From an uncultured Chloroflexia bacterium (GTDB taxonomy: Bacteria > Chloroflexota > Anaerolineae > CG2-30-64-16), in assembly GCA_963810095.1 (NCBI GenBank), contig CAWEMM010000006.1, positions 1,632,001-1,696,000 on the forward strand: a DNA stretch of 64,000 bases. Direction: 5' to 3'. The position numbers and the translations under genes were made by a program. The notes under the pieces were generated by a model. It was not told the DNA's origin. It did not search any database and saw only the letters and a list, made by a program, of their open reading frames with translations. The first letter of the stretch is position 1, and each line of letters begins with the position of its first letter. This document shows, one piece after another, positions 10,601 to 19,859 of the stretch.

Positions 10601-11048
10601 CGTCGAAGCGTTGATGCCCGGCTCCGTCGTCGTGGACTCCTGTTATCGTCATACGGGCGCGCGGAAGGAGAGCGGCGAGATACGCGGCGCGGCGGCCATG
10701 GAGAACGAGGCGGTGTTGGCTGCGGCCGCAAAGGCCGTGCAGATGGCCGGTGCAGTGACACGAGGGTGGTTCGCGGCGAAGCCGAGCCGGGTCAGCGGCG
10801 CGCGCGCCTGTGATGAGACCTGCGACTACCTGGGGCTGTGCCGGGTCACCCGACAGGGTGTGCGCAAGGCGGAGCGGGCCAGGGGGCTGGATGGGGAGCC
10901 GCGGCGTCCTGCGACTCTCACCCTGCAGGCCTCCGCGCAGGACCCGGCGGGGGAGGCAGGCGGGGGCGCGTCGCCGGCCGGCGACGCCGGGGCTCCGACG
11001 CAAGAGGATGACGCGGTGTATGGGAGGGAGGGCCGGCCATGGAGCTGA
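7629..11048 (+). CDS. addB: AddB-like helicase/nuclease subunit B (PD-(D/E)XK nuclease with Fe-S staple); about 5 frameshifts
   Basis: Fragments 7617-8225, 8029-8931, 8798-, 9267-9629, 9577-9942, 9636-11048 join. Motifs MGLGEGEFP, SVSRLNRYGQCPF, RGTLVH, GVVDRVD, IDYKTG, CDETCDYLGLC; overlaps the addA start. Confidence 0.8.
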
Positions 11049-14000
11049 CCCCACAGCAGGCCAACGCAGTCACGACCGAAGGCCGGGCGCTGATCGTCGA
11101 GGCGGGCGCCGGCACCGGCAAGACCGCCGTCCTCGTCGAGCGCTTCCTGCACCTGCTCCACACGCATCCCGACTGGCCCATCGACAGCATCGTCGCGGTC
11201 ACCTTCACCGAGAAGGCCACACGAGAGATGCGCAGCCGCATTCGCCTGGGCGTCGAAAAGCTGGCTGCGACCGGGGGGCCCGGCTCTCCCTGGCAGGTGC
11301 GCCGCCGTGAGCTGGATCGCCTCCAGGTAAGCACGATTCACGGGCTGTGTGCGCGCATCCTGCGCGAGAACCCCATCGCGGCCCAAATCGACCCGCGTTT
11401 CACGGTGCTCGCGGAACAGGACATGGGCCTGCTGCGCGAGGAGGCTGTCCGGCTCGCATTCGCCGACCTGGCTGCGGGCGTCCGCCCGCCGGGTGCGGAG
11501 GAACATGATCCCTTCGACCTGCTGGCCGACTTCGAGACGCAGGACTTGCACGAGCAGATGCTGCGCCTGCTGGGTCAGCGGGGCACGGTGGACCGCCTGT
11601 TTACGCAACTGCCGGATGCGGATGCGCTGCTGGCAACCTGGCGCGAGCAGGTGGCGGCGATGCAGGCCGCGATCTGGGACGAATATCTTGACCTGCACGA
11701 AGAGACGCGCGACGCTTTCCAGCAGTTGCTCGCAGTCGAGATCAGGCAACCCGACGACAAGCTGGTCGTACATGTGCAAGCCGCGCAGGAAGGATGCCGG
11801 TGTGCCGCGCGCTGGCGCACTGGCCGAAGCCGCCGCCTGTTTTGCGCGGGTAAAGCGGGGGAACTACGGCGCTGCGGCCGCATGGGGCGGGAAAGAGCAC
11901 CGGGAGGAAGTGCGTGACTGCTTGCGCCGGGTGCAGGAATTGTCCGACTTTCTCCTGAAAGCGGGCTGTTATCAACCGTTTGGCGCAGCCGACGAACGCG
12001 CCGGCGGAAGCGCTGCAGCGCTGGCGCGTCCTGTGGGACCATGTCGCGGGCGTGTACGATCGCCTCAAGAACGAGTTGCGGGCGCTTGACTTCGACGATC
12101 TCGAGCGGCTGGCGGGGCAGCTCGTGGCGGCCGAACCGCGCGACGAGCGGGTTCAGGCGGCCGTCGACGGCATTAATCACCTGATGGTGGACGAGTTCCA
12201 GGATGTGAACGAGGCGCAGGGCGAAATCCTCACCGCGCTGGCCGAGCTGGGCGCAGCGGGCAAGTTCTTCGGGGTGGGCGACGCCAAGCAGAGCATCTAC
12301 CGCTTTCGTCAGGCGCAGGTTAAGGTGTTCAACCGGGTGGCGCGGGACACCGAGGCACTGACCGGGTGTCCGCCGCTGCCGCTCAACTGTTCGTTCCGCA
12401 CCCAGGCAGGGCTGCTGGCCGCGCTCAACGAGGCGTTCGAAGAGGTGCTGCAGCCTGCCGGCGCAGACTACGCCGACTACGAGGCCCGACCCGGCGCGCT
12501 CGGAGCCCCAACGGGCGGCACTCGCCCCCTGTGCCCTCGCGCCCGCCGGCGTCGAGGTGATGGTGCTGCCCCCCGGGCCGGCCGATCAGGCGCGCCGGGC
12601 CGAAGCCGCGCTGATCGCCCGGCGCCTGCACGGGCTGGTGGCAGGCGGGCTGGAAGTGTGGGACCGTGCCGCCTCGGCCTTGCGCCCGGCCAGGTACGGC
12701 GACATGGCGATCCTTTTCCGGGCAACCACGTCGCTGCCGATCTACGAAGAGGTCTTCAAGCGCGAAGGGCTGCCGTACGTCACGGTGAGCGGGCGCGGGT
12801 ATTACGACCGGCCCGAAGTGCGTGACCTGACCGCACTGCTTGCCTGCCTGCACAACCCGGCCGACGATCTCAGCTTTGCCACCGTCCTGCGCTCGCCCAT
12901 GTTTAGCTTAAGCGACGAGACGCTCTACCGGCTGCGCTGGACCGCGGCGGGTGGCGGGTTTGCCGACGCGCCCATCCCTTACGCACAGGCGCTCGAGGCG
13001 GCCCTGGTTGCGCCGCCCGTGGGCACGGCGCCCGAACCGGTCGCCGCGGCGGCCGAGACATTTGCCACGCTGTTCGCGGCGGCGGGCCGGGTGGACGTGT
13101 GGGCGCTCCTGCGCACCGCACTCGACCGAACGGGGTACGAGGCGTCACTCGGGCTGGCAGACGCGGAAGCGTCGGTCCGAACTGCTACGGGCGTGGGGCG
13201 GGGACGGGCCAACGTCGCCAAGTTTCTGCAGCTCGCGCGCGATCGGGGTGGCGCCGACCTATCGGCGTTCCTGCAGTCGGTGCAGGATCTGCGCGCCCGG
13301 GAAGTGCGCGAGGGGGAGGCGCTGCCTGACGCGCCGGATGCAGGCGCGGTTCAGCTGATGTCGGTGCATGCGGCGAAGGGACTCGAGTTCCCCGTCGTCG
13401 TGCTGGCCGACCTGGGCCGCTCGATGCGCACCGGGGGACAGCCGCCCCGCATCCTGCACGACCCGTTGTACGGGCTGGTGTGTGAAGTGCGCGAACGGAA
13501 CGGCGACTGGACCAAGCCGGTGAGTTACCGCTGGGCCGAGTGGCTGGACGGCCGGATGGAACAGGCCGAGAGCAGCCGGCTGCTCTACGTCGCATGCACG
13601 CGTGCCGCCGACCTGTTGATCCTCTCGGGCCAGGCGAAGAAAGACAGCTGGCTCCAAACGTTGGCAAACGCCTGGGGCCTCGAACTGGCCGAGGAGAGCG
13701 CAGAACCGAGGGCGACCGAGCGTGAGGAGTTGGTGGAGCGGCCGGATTACAGCGTGCGGCTGGTGTGGCCCATGCCGCTCGACGAGGAGGCCGCGAGGCC
13801 CATCGGGCCCGCCACGCGTGATGTGGGGCCGGCCCCCGGCCTGAGCACCGCGCCGCCCCTCTCGCAGCCGCTGCCCGAACTGGCGGCGGGCTGGCCGGTC
13901 GCGGTCACCCACCTGGCGGACGCGGGCTGGGAGGAAGACGAGTTGCCGCCGCTGCGGCCGGTCGTCCAGGTTGACGCGCTGGGTGCGCGGGGCCGGCGGC

Positions 14001-14540
14001 CCTGGCGCTTCCTCGTAGGGAACCTGGCGCACCGCGCACTGGCCCACTGGGACTGCCTGGCCGAGCCAGACGAGACTTTGGAGGCCAGGTTGATCGGGTG
14101 GGCCCGACGGGGCGGCCTCTACGAGCCGGAGGACGTGCGAGGGGCGGTCGACCGGGCCGGCCGCATGCTGCCGCGCCCTGGCCGGAGCCTCGCTCTATGG
14201 CGAGATCTGCGCGGCGTCGGAGCGCCACGCAGAAGTGCCGCTGAGCATCCACGCGGGCACGCAGACGCTCCATGGCGTCCTGGACCTGCTCTACCTGGAT
14301 GCGGCGGGCCAGTGGCGGCTGCTGGACTGGAAGACCGAGCCGGTGGCCAAGGGCGAGTCGCTGGCCGAGGCCGCCCGGCCGTACCTGCGGCAGATGGCCG
14401 TGTACCGGCAGGCCGTCCTGCAAATCCTCGGCCTGGAGGCCCGCGCCGAGATCTGCTTCCTGTCCGCCCGGGCTGTTGTATATCACCCGCCTGCCGCCGA
14501 ACTCGCGGCCGAGTGGGACGCGCTCTGTTCAGAATTCTAA
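11039..14540 (+). CDS. addA: AddA-like UvrD-family helicase with C-terminal nuclease; about 4 frameshifts
   Basis: AGAGTGKT, TFTEKA, STIHG, VDEFQD, VGDAKQSIYRFR, MSVHAAKGLEF, YVACTRA, then GVLDLLY...DWKT...QMAVY. Confidence 0.88.
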
Positions 14541-14550
14541 GGAGGCATCC

Positions 14551-15273
14551 GTGACCGGGGAAACCGCAAAGCTGAACTCGCTGGCGAAGATGATCGACCA
14601 TTCGCTGCTGCACCCGACGATGACGGATGCGGTGATCCGCGCGGGGTGCGAGCTGGCGCTAAGATATGAAGTGGCCACGGCGTGCGTCAAGCCGTATGCG
14701 GTGCCGCTTGCACGCGACGTGCTGGCCGGGTCCACCGTCGGCGTGTGCGCGGTCATCGGGTTTCCCCACGGTAACAGCACGCCTCGGATCAAGTTTGCGG
14801 AGACGCTGCACGCCATTGCGGACGGCGCAACCGAGGTCGACATGGTCATCAACATCGGCAAGGCGCTGGGCGGCGACTGGGATTACGTGTCCGAAGAGAT
14901 CAAGTCGATCAATCACGCGTGCACGACGCAAGGCGCGCTGTTGAAGGTAATCTTCGAGACGGACTACCTGCAGGACGAGCACATCGTCAGATTATGCGAG
15001 ATTTGCTCTGAGCACCGGGTCGCATTCGTCAAGACGTCGACGGGGTACGGGTTCGTGAAGCAGGCAAACGGCGACTACAACTACCTGGGCGCGACCGATC
15101 AGGTGCTCAAATTGATGCGGGAGCACTGCGCGACCGAGGTGCAGATTAAGGCGGCGGGCGGCGTACGCACGCTGGACGATCTGCTGCGCGTGCGGGCGCT
15201 CGGCGTAGCCCGCATCGGCGCGACGGCCACGGCCGCGATCCTCGACGCGGCGAAGGTCCGCGGCTATGCCTGA
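14551..15273 (+). CDS. deoC: Deoxyribose-phosphate aldolase
   Basis: GTG after AAGGAGG; IDHSLLHP, VIGFPHG, EVDMVINIG, KVIFET, FVKTSTG, IKAAGGVRT. Confidence 0.95.
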   Translation: MTGETAKLNSLAKMIDHSLLHPTMTDAVIRAGCELALRYEVATACVKPYAVPLARDVLAGSTVGVCAVIGFPHGNSTPRIKFAETLHAIADGATEVDMVINIGKALGGDWDYVSEEIKSINHACTTQGALLKVIFETDYLQDEHIVRLCEICSEHRVAFVKTSTGYGFVKQANGDYNYLGATDQVLKLMREHCATEVQIKAAGGVRTLDDLLRVRALGVARIGATATAAILDAAKVRGYA

Positions 15274-15953
15274 ACAGGCCGCGGGTGACCGGACGGCAGC
15301 AGGGCCCTGACAAGCACCGCTCCGTGGACGGCGCCGACGATGGCGCCCGCCGCGGCCGTGGCTGCCACCACGATGGGGATGGCCTGGGCGACGCTCGCGC
15401 CCGCGGGGATAGAGCCCATGCCGAGGAAGACGACCGGCATGCCCAGCAGCCAGGCGAGCGAGTTCGCCGGCAGCCAGAGCCAACCTCGGCGCACGTGGCG
15501 GCGCATGATATACCACTGGGGGAGTGCCAGCACGATCCCGGCGACGAGGCCAAGCGCCGCGGCCATGACGAGCGTGAACCATTCGGGCATCTCAGCAGCA
15601 GCTTCGCCCCCGCCTGCATTTGCAGCCATCATGGTGGACGGCAGCATCCCCAGGCCCCACGCAACCATGGCACCAATTACCGTCGCAACGATCCAGGAAC
15701 GAAGCGTGACCTGGGGCAGGCGCCGGCGGAGCACGATCCCTTGGGCGCCGCCCACGACGATGCCCTCGAAGATCCCCAGCAGCACCCCGGCCAGCAGGCT
15801 GGTAATCGCGGGCCAGGCGCCGGGCAGGCCCGCGACGAGGGGTCCGAGCAGGCCAAAGCCTACCAGCAGCACTACGCTCAGCCCGACGGCTTCGCCCAGC
15901 GTGTTGGCGGCGACCCAACGCAGCCAGAAAATCAGGTCTCGCTCGTCCTGCAT
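15264..15953 (-). CDS. Hypothetical multi-pass membrane protein with internal duplication
   Basis: AGGAGG RBS; repeated W-x-x-A(N/T) ... Q..VLRR pattern; about 6 TM segments. Confidence 0.75.
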   Translation of the reverse strand: MQDERDLIFWLRWVAANTLGEAVGLSVVLLVGFGLLGPLVAGLPGAWPAITSLLAGVLLGIFEGIVVGGAQGIVLRRRLPQVTLRSWIVATVIGAMVAWGLGMLPSTMMAANAGGGEAAAEMPEWFTLVMAAALGLVAGIVLALPQWYIMRRHVRRGWLWLPANSLAWLLGMPVVFLGMGSIPAGASVAQAIPIVVAATAAAGAIVGAVHGAVLVRALLPSGHPRPVQA

Positions 15954-16164
15954 TGCTTCCTCCTGATAGCAGCCCCACTGCGAGTTGCGGGAGGTCGAGC
16001 GCCCGCCTGTCCGACTCGCCGAAGACTATACGCAGGTGAGTTGGCCGAGTTGCGGCGCGGGCCCTTTTGTACGGCCGCGGGCTGCCGCTTTTGAGTGGCG
16101 CGGCCGCGGGTGGTATCATGCCACCCTCGCGTGCACAACGTCAGAGGTCATTTTCGGAGTATCG

Positions 16165-17954
16165 ATGCCGAAGCTTCCTCTTCCTGCGCGGCTGGCCGGT
16201 GTTGCCCTCGTCGTCGCCTTTCTGATCCTGTCTATCCTGTACAGCGTCGTCAATCCCGCGTTCGAGTCGCCGGACGAGATCGGTCATTTCGGTTTCATCC
16301 AACATCTCGTTACCACCCGCTCCCTGCCCGTTCTGCGCCTGGGCGAGCCCGGCGAGGCGCACCAGCCGCCGCTCTACTACGTCGCTGGCGGCGGTCGCCG
16401 CGCTGCCGGCCGACTTTGCAGACGGCACGGGATGGTTTCGGCCCAACCCGAATTTCATGTGGGCGGGTAATGGTGGGTCTGACTTCAACGCCGGTCAGCA
16501 CAGTACCGCCGAAACGTTCCCTTTCAGTGGGCTCGCACTGGCCCTGCACCTGGCGCGCGGCCTGTCGCTGCTCATGGGCCTGGGGACCGTCTTGCTCACC
16601 TTCGTGATCGGTTCGCGGGTGTTCGCCGAGCGCCCCCTGGTGGCCCTGTTGGCGGCCGCGCTGGTGGCGTTTGTCCCACAGTTCCTGTTCGTCAGCGGCT
16701 CGGTTAACAACGACAACCTGGCCGTGTTTCTGGCAACGCTCGCCTTTCTCCAGATGGTCCGGCTGCTGGAGGATCCGCAGCGTGGGGGCCAGTGGCTGTT
16801 GCTGGGCATTATCGTAGCGGCAGGCATCCTCACGAAGATGTCGGGCTTCGTGATCGGGCTGCTGGCCGTGATGCTCCTGATCGTTTCCGCGATCCGGCAG
16901 CGCTCGGTCAAGCTGTTCGGCACGGGCCTGCTTGGCCTTGGCATCCCGGCGGTGCTCCTGGCCGGCTGGTGGTTTGTGCGCAACCAATTTCTCTACGGTG
17001 ACCCACTCGCCTGGGGCCTCTACCGTGAGGTGTTCGCTGCCAATCTCCGCAAGGGCCCGTTGAATGGCACCGACTTGCCCCTGTTCCTGTCCACGCAGTT
17101 CCGCTCCTTTCTCGGGCTGTTCGGCTGGATGAATGTGCCGGCCCCGGTCTGGTTTTATCGCGGCGCCGGTGTGCTGGCCGTCCTGGGGCTCGTGGGCCTG
17201 GCCGTGTACCCGTTTGCGCGCCGGCGCCGGTCGCCCCTGTCACCATTGCAGCGCGATGCACTTGCCGGCATGGTGATCGCAGTCGTCGTGCAGGAGCTCT
17301 ATATCCTCGGCACCATCGTGCGTTGCGATGCCTCCTGCTACCAGGGCCGGTACCTGTTCCCGGCCATCGCCCCACTGATGCTGCTCCTGGCTTTTGGGCT
17401 GCTCGGCCTGGTTCCGCGGCGGGCGGCCGGGTGGGTGACCGCCGGCGTGTCGCTTGTCGCTGGTGGCGGCCGCGCTGTACATGCCGCTGCGTGTGATTGT
17501 TCCCGCCTACGCGACCGCACCGCAGCCGAAGTGGAGCGTGTGGCTGCTGCCGCACAAGAGCGGCGCGACTTTTGGCGACCAGATCCGGCTGGCCGGGTAC
17601 GCGGCACGGGTGGAGCCCGGCGGCGGGGCAGTCAAACTCACGCTGTACTGGGAAGCGTTACGGACGCCGGACTTCAATTACTCGGCCTTTGCCCACCTGC
17701 TCGACGCGGGCGGGCAGGTCGTCGCGCAGCAGGACCGGGCCCCGGGCGAAGACAGGGGATATCCGCCGCAGGCCTGGCTGCCCGAGGATATCGTGATCGA
17801 CGAGCACACGCTGCCGTTGCCGCCCGGGGGCGCGGGAAAGCCGTACAAACTGCGGGTGGGGCTGTACAACTGGCAGAACGGCCAGCAGCTGCCGGTAAGC
17901 CAGGGCGGGCAGCCGGCCGGCACGTTCGTACTGCTCGACTCTCCCGGGAGTTAA
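16165..17954 (+). CDS. Glycosyltransferase family 39 (ArnT/PMT-like) membrane protein with C-terminal Ig-like domain; 2 frameshifts
   Basis: FESPDEIGH, HQPPLYY, SVNNDNL, QGRYLFP; tail FGDQIRLAGY...LTLYWEA...FAHLLD...W..EDIVIDEH...YKLRVGLY. Confidence 0.82.
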
Positions 17955-18045
17955 GCGCGGCTGACGGGTGTGCCACGGGCCGGCCGGCCCCGGAGTCGGG
18001 AGAACCTTAAAGAAACGAACTTGTGTGGTTCTGAACTTGTCTCCT

Positions 18046-18074
18046 TTGACACGCGCCGAACGTGCACCTATAAT
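18046..18074 (+). promoter_or_regulatory. Perfect consensus sigma70 promoter driving the micropeptide locus
   Basis: TTGACA (18046-51), 17-nt spacer, TATAAT (18069-74). GTGCA/TGCAC inverted repeat straddles the -10; GAACTTGT direct repeat at 18017 and 18033. Confidence 0.8.
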
Positions 18075-18079
18075 GCACT

Positions 18080-18419
18080 GGTATTTTTTCCGTGACAACG
18101 CGAGCGGTCCTCATCAACTTCGCCGTCTCTCGCGCTTCACGGCTCCCCTTCACCACAGGAGCGAGGGCAGGGCGCGTGCCTATGCGTTGCTTGTTGCCAT
18201 TACCGGCCATCTTGCGCATAGATAGGGTGCTGCGCGAATCCAAAGCCCGCGCGCCCTGGCTTCCCTCGGCATCGAGTTTGACGTTTCCGTAGGATTGGCC
18301 ACCCGGCGGCCCCGGCCCGGGTGGCCAATCTGCGAGGGAGCGCTCAACCGATTCGTCCGTTTAGTCATCTCTTCCGTCTCAAGCGTGACTGCTTGTCGGA
18401 GTGTCTCGTGGAGGACACC
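18080..18419 (+). ncRNA. Putative structured 5' leader (~340 nt)
   Basis: No credible ORF. Nested stems 18162-77/18249-68 and 18180-86/18215-21, a 14-bp hairpin 18293-18330, and a hairpin 18401-18418 covering the RBS. Confidence 0.45.
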
Positions 18420-18461
18420 ATGGCAAAGACATGCGCGGACGGTGTGATCGGCGGCAACTAA
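18420..18461 (+). CDS. Micropeptide A, 13 aa MAKTCADGVIGGN
   Basis: GGAGG RBS upstream of ATG; C-terminal DGVIGGN identical to micropeptide C but with different synonymous codons. Confidence 0.7.
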   Translation: MAKTCADGVIGGN

Positions 18462-18476
18462 AAGAGGAGGACCGTC

Positions 18477-18581
18477 GTGGCACACCGTATGTGGTTCTTG
18501 GCGACTTGGCTGCTGATGACCGCTGCCACCCTGGGCGTGTTGTTGGCTCCTTGTTTCGATGGAGTTGTAGGCGGCGGCTGA
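18477..18581 (+). CDS. Micropeptide B, 34 aa MAHRMWFLATWLLMTAATLGVLLAPCFDGVVGGG (signal/TM segment + motif tail)
   Basis: AAGAGGAGG RBS 6 nt before GTG; hydrophobic core followed by CFDGVVGGG, matching CADGVIGGN of peptide A. Confidence 0.72.
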   Translation: MAHRMWFLATWLLMTAATLGVLLAPCFDGVVGGG

Positions 18582-18616
18582 GGTTTCGCAAGGCGCTCCC
18601 AACGGTAAGTTGGCTT

Positions 18617-18648
18617 GAGGAAGGGCGGACGCCCGTCCGCCCTTCCTC
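18617..18648 (+). terminator. 14-bp GC-rich hairpin after micropeptide B (weak U tail)
   Basis: GAGGAAGGGCGGAC-gccc-GTCCGCCCTTCCTC. Confidence 0.55.
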
Positions 18649-18690
18649 CGTTCCCGATCATCGCAGTTATCCGTCCCAAAGGTTATCTTC

Positions 18691-19614
18691 ATGGCTTCCC
18701 TTTCCCGCACACTCAGTTCGGACAGCTTCGCCACCTTTGCACGTTTAGTCGGTCTTGTCAGCGCGCTGGCTGCGTTTGTCGCGGTTGCGGCGCCCGGCGA
18801 AACGCCCCGCCGCTTGGCCTGGGTCCTGGGCCTGTTGGGCATAGCTGCGGTCATGCTGATCATTAGCTGGAAGAAGGTGCGCGGCGGCATTGCCGCGTGG
18901 GGCGAGCGGCACGACTGGAACCGGACGTTCACCTACCTCTCACGCCGCTACACGTGGGGCATCGAGCACGTGGGCGTAACGACCGTCGTTCAACCGGACG
19001 GCTCGGCCACCATCACGCGCAAGCCCACCATCATCTCCCGTGGCCTGATCCAGGAAATCGAGCAGACGCTGCACTTCCCCGAGCAAGACCTGCGCCCCGG
19101 GTGGTCTACCCCCCAGGAGTTGAGCTCACACGTGGAGTTCAAAGGCGGCGAAGCAGCGCGGTGCAACCCCAGTGAGATCGAATCGAGCGACGGGCGCTGG
19201 CTGATCAAGGTCCACTTTACGCCGGCACTTGCCGACGGCAAGACCGCGTCCTTCGAGTTGGCAGAGCAGCTTTGGCCAGCGCTGTACGGCGTGGATTTGA
19301 CGCCGAGCGAGCTGGCTCAGCGGACGCCCGACTATATTGCCTGGGTGATCGACAGGCCGATGTTGAAATTGGTGCTCGACGTTTACTTCCCGGGCAACTA
19401 CAACGCCACCTCGCCTGATTTCCAGGTCTTCTTCGCTCCCGTGCTGCGCAAGGCCAAATGGCGGGCCCATGATGCCGAGCGTAAACGCCTGGCCGACGTG
19501 CGCGCGTTCAGGAACGAGCACAACGGCCCCATCCAGCATCTGCAGCTCACGGTCGACTCGCCCATTCCGGGGCTCATCTATCGCCTGGAATGGGGCACGC
19601 TGCGCAGTCATTAA
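18691..19614 (+). CDS. Hypothetical protein, 307 aa: 2 N-terminal TM helices + beta-rich soluble domain
   Basis: Uninterrupted ORF with GC-rich third positions in the soluble part; AAAGG upstream; hydrophobic segments at about aa 14-34 and 42-59 followed by WKKVR. No family recognised. Confidence 0.8.
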   Translation: MASLSRTLSSDSFATFARLVGLVSALAAFVAVAAPGETPRRLAWVLGLLGIAAVMLIISWKKVRGGIAAWGERHDWNRTFTYLSRRYTWGIEHVGVTTVVQPDGSATITRKPTIISRGLIQEIEQTLHFPEQDLRPGWSTPQELSSHVEFKGGEAARCNPSEIESSDGRWLIKVHFTPALADGKTASFELAEQLWPALYGVDLTPSELAQRTPDYIAWVIDRPMLKLVLDVYFPGNYNATSPDFQVFFAPVLRKAKWRAHDAERKRLADVRAFRNEHNGPIQHLQLTVDSPIPGLIYRLEWGTLRSH

Positions 19615-19646
19615 ATGCTTTGAACGATTTAATCGACTTAACCCCA

Positions 19647-19676
19647 TTGACAATTTGGTTAAAGTTGGGTTATTAT
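19647..19676 (+). promoter_or_regulatory. Sigma70-like promoter for micropeptide C
   Basis: TTGACA-18-TATTAT in an AT-rich patch; TTAACCCCATT occurs at 19638 and 19733. Confidence 0.6.
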
Positions 19677-19764
19677 TCCGTCATCACCTTGGTGTGAATC
19701 GCGAGACGGGGGCTGCTCCGTCTCGGTGGCATTTAACCCCATTTGCAGCCGCACGGAGGCGTGG

Positions 19765-19809
19765 ATGAAGACTCGAAAGCAGCGTGATGGCGTCATCGGA
19801 GGAAACTGA
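19765..19809 (+). CDS. Micropeptide C, 14 aa MKTRKQRDGVIGGN
   Basis: GGAGG RBS 5 nt upstream; own promoter and terminator; same DGVIGGN-stop end as peptide A. Confidence 0.72.
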   Translation: MKTRKQRDGVIGGN

Positions 19810-19823
19810 CGCGGTCACGCAGG

Positions 19824-19859
19824 AAGCAAAAACCGGGCGTTCGCCCGGTTTTTGCTTTT
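19824..19859 (+). terminator. Intrinsic (likely bidirectional) terminator after micropeptide C
   Basis: AAGCAAAAACCGGGC-gttc-GCCCGGTTTTTGCTTTT. Confidence 0.8.

Noticed and set aside
9963-10850. Cas4-like nuclease suggesting a CRISPR system
   Set aside because: It is the C-terminal nuclease of the AddB-like protein; no repeat-spacer array or cas genes were seen in the window.
18017-18031. GAAC-N7-GTTC as a LexA box
   Set aside because: Spacing does not fit the GAAC-N4-GTTC box; kept only as part of an unassigned repeat.
18180-18932. 250-aa minus-strand ORF and 115-aa plus-strand ORF (18401-18748) over the peptide locus
   Set aside because: No recognisable motifs or convincing RBS, low-complexity Arg/Pro/Ser composition; the promoter and RBS signals fit the small plus-strand ORFs instead.
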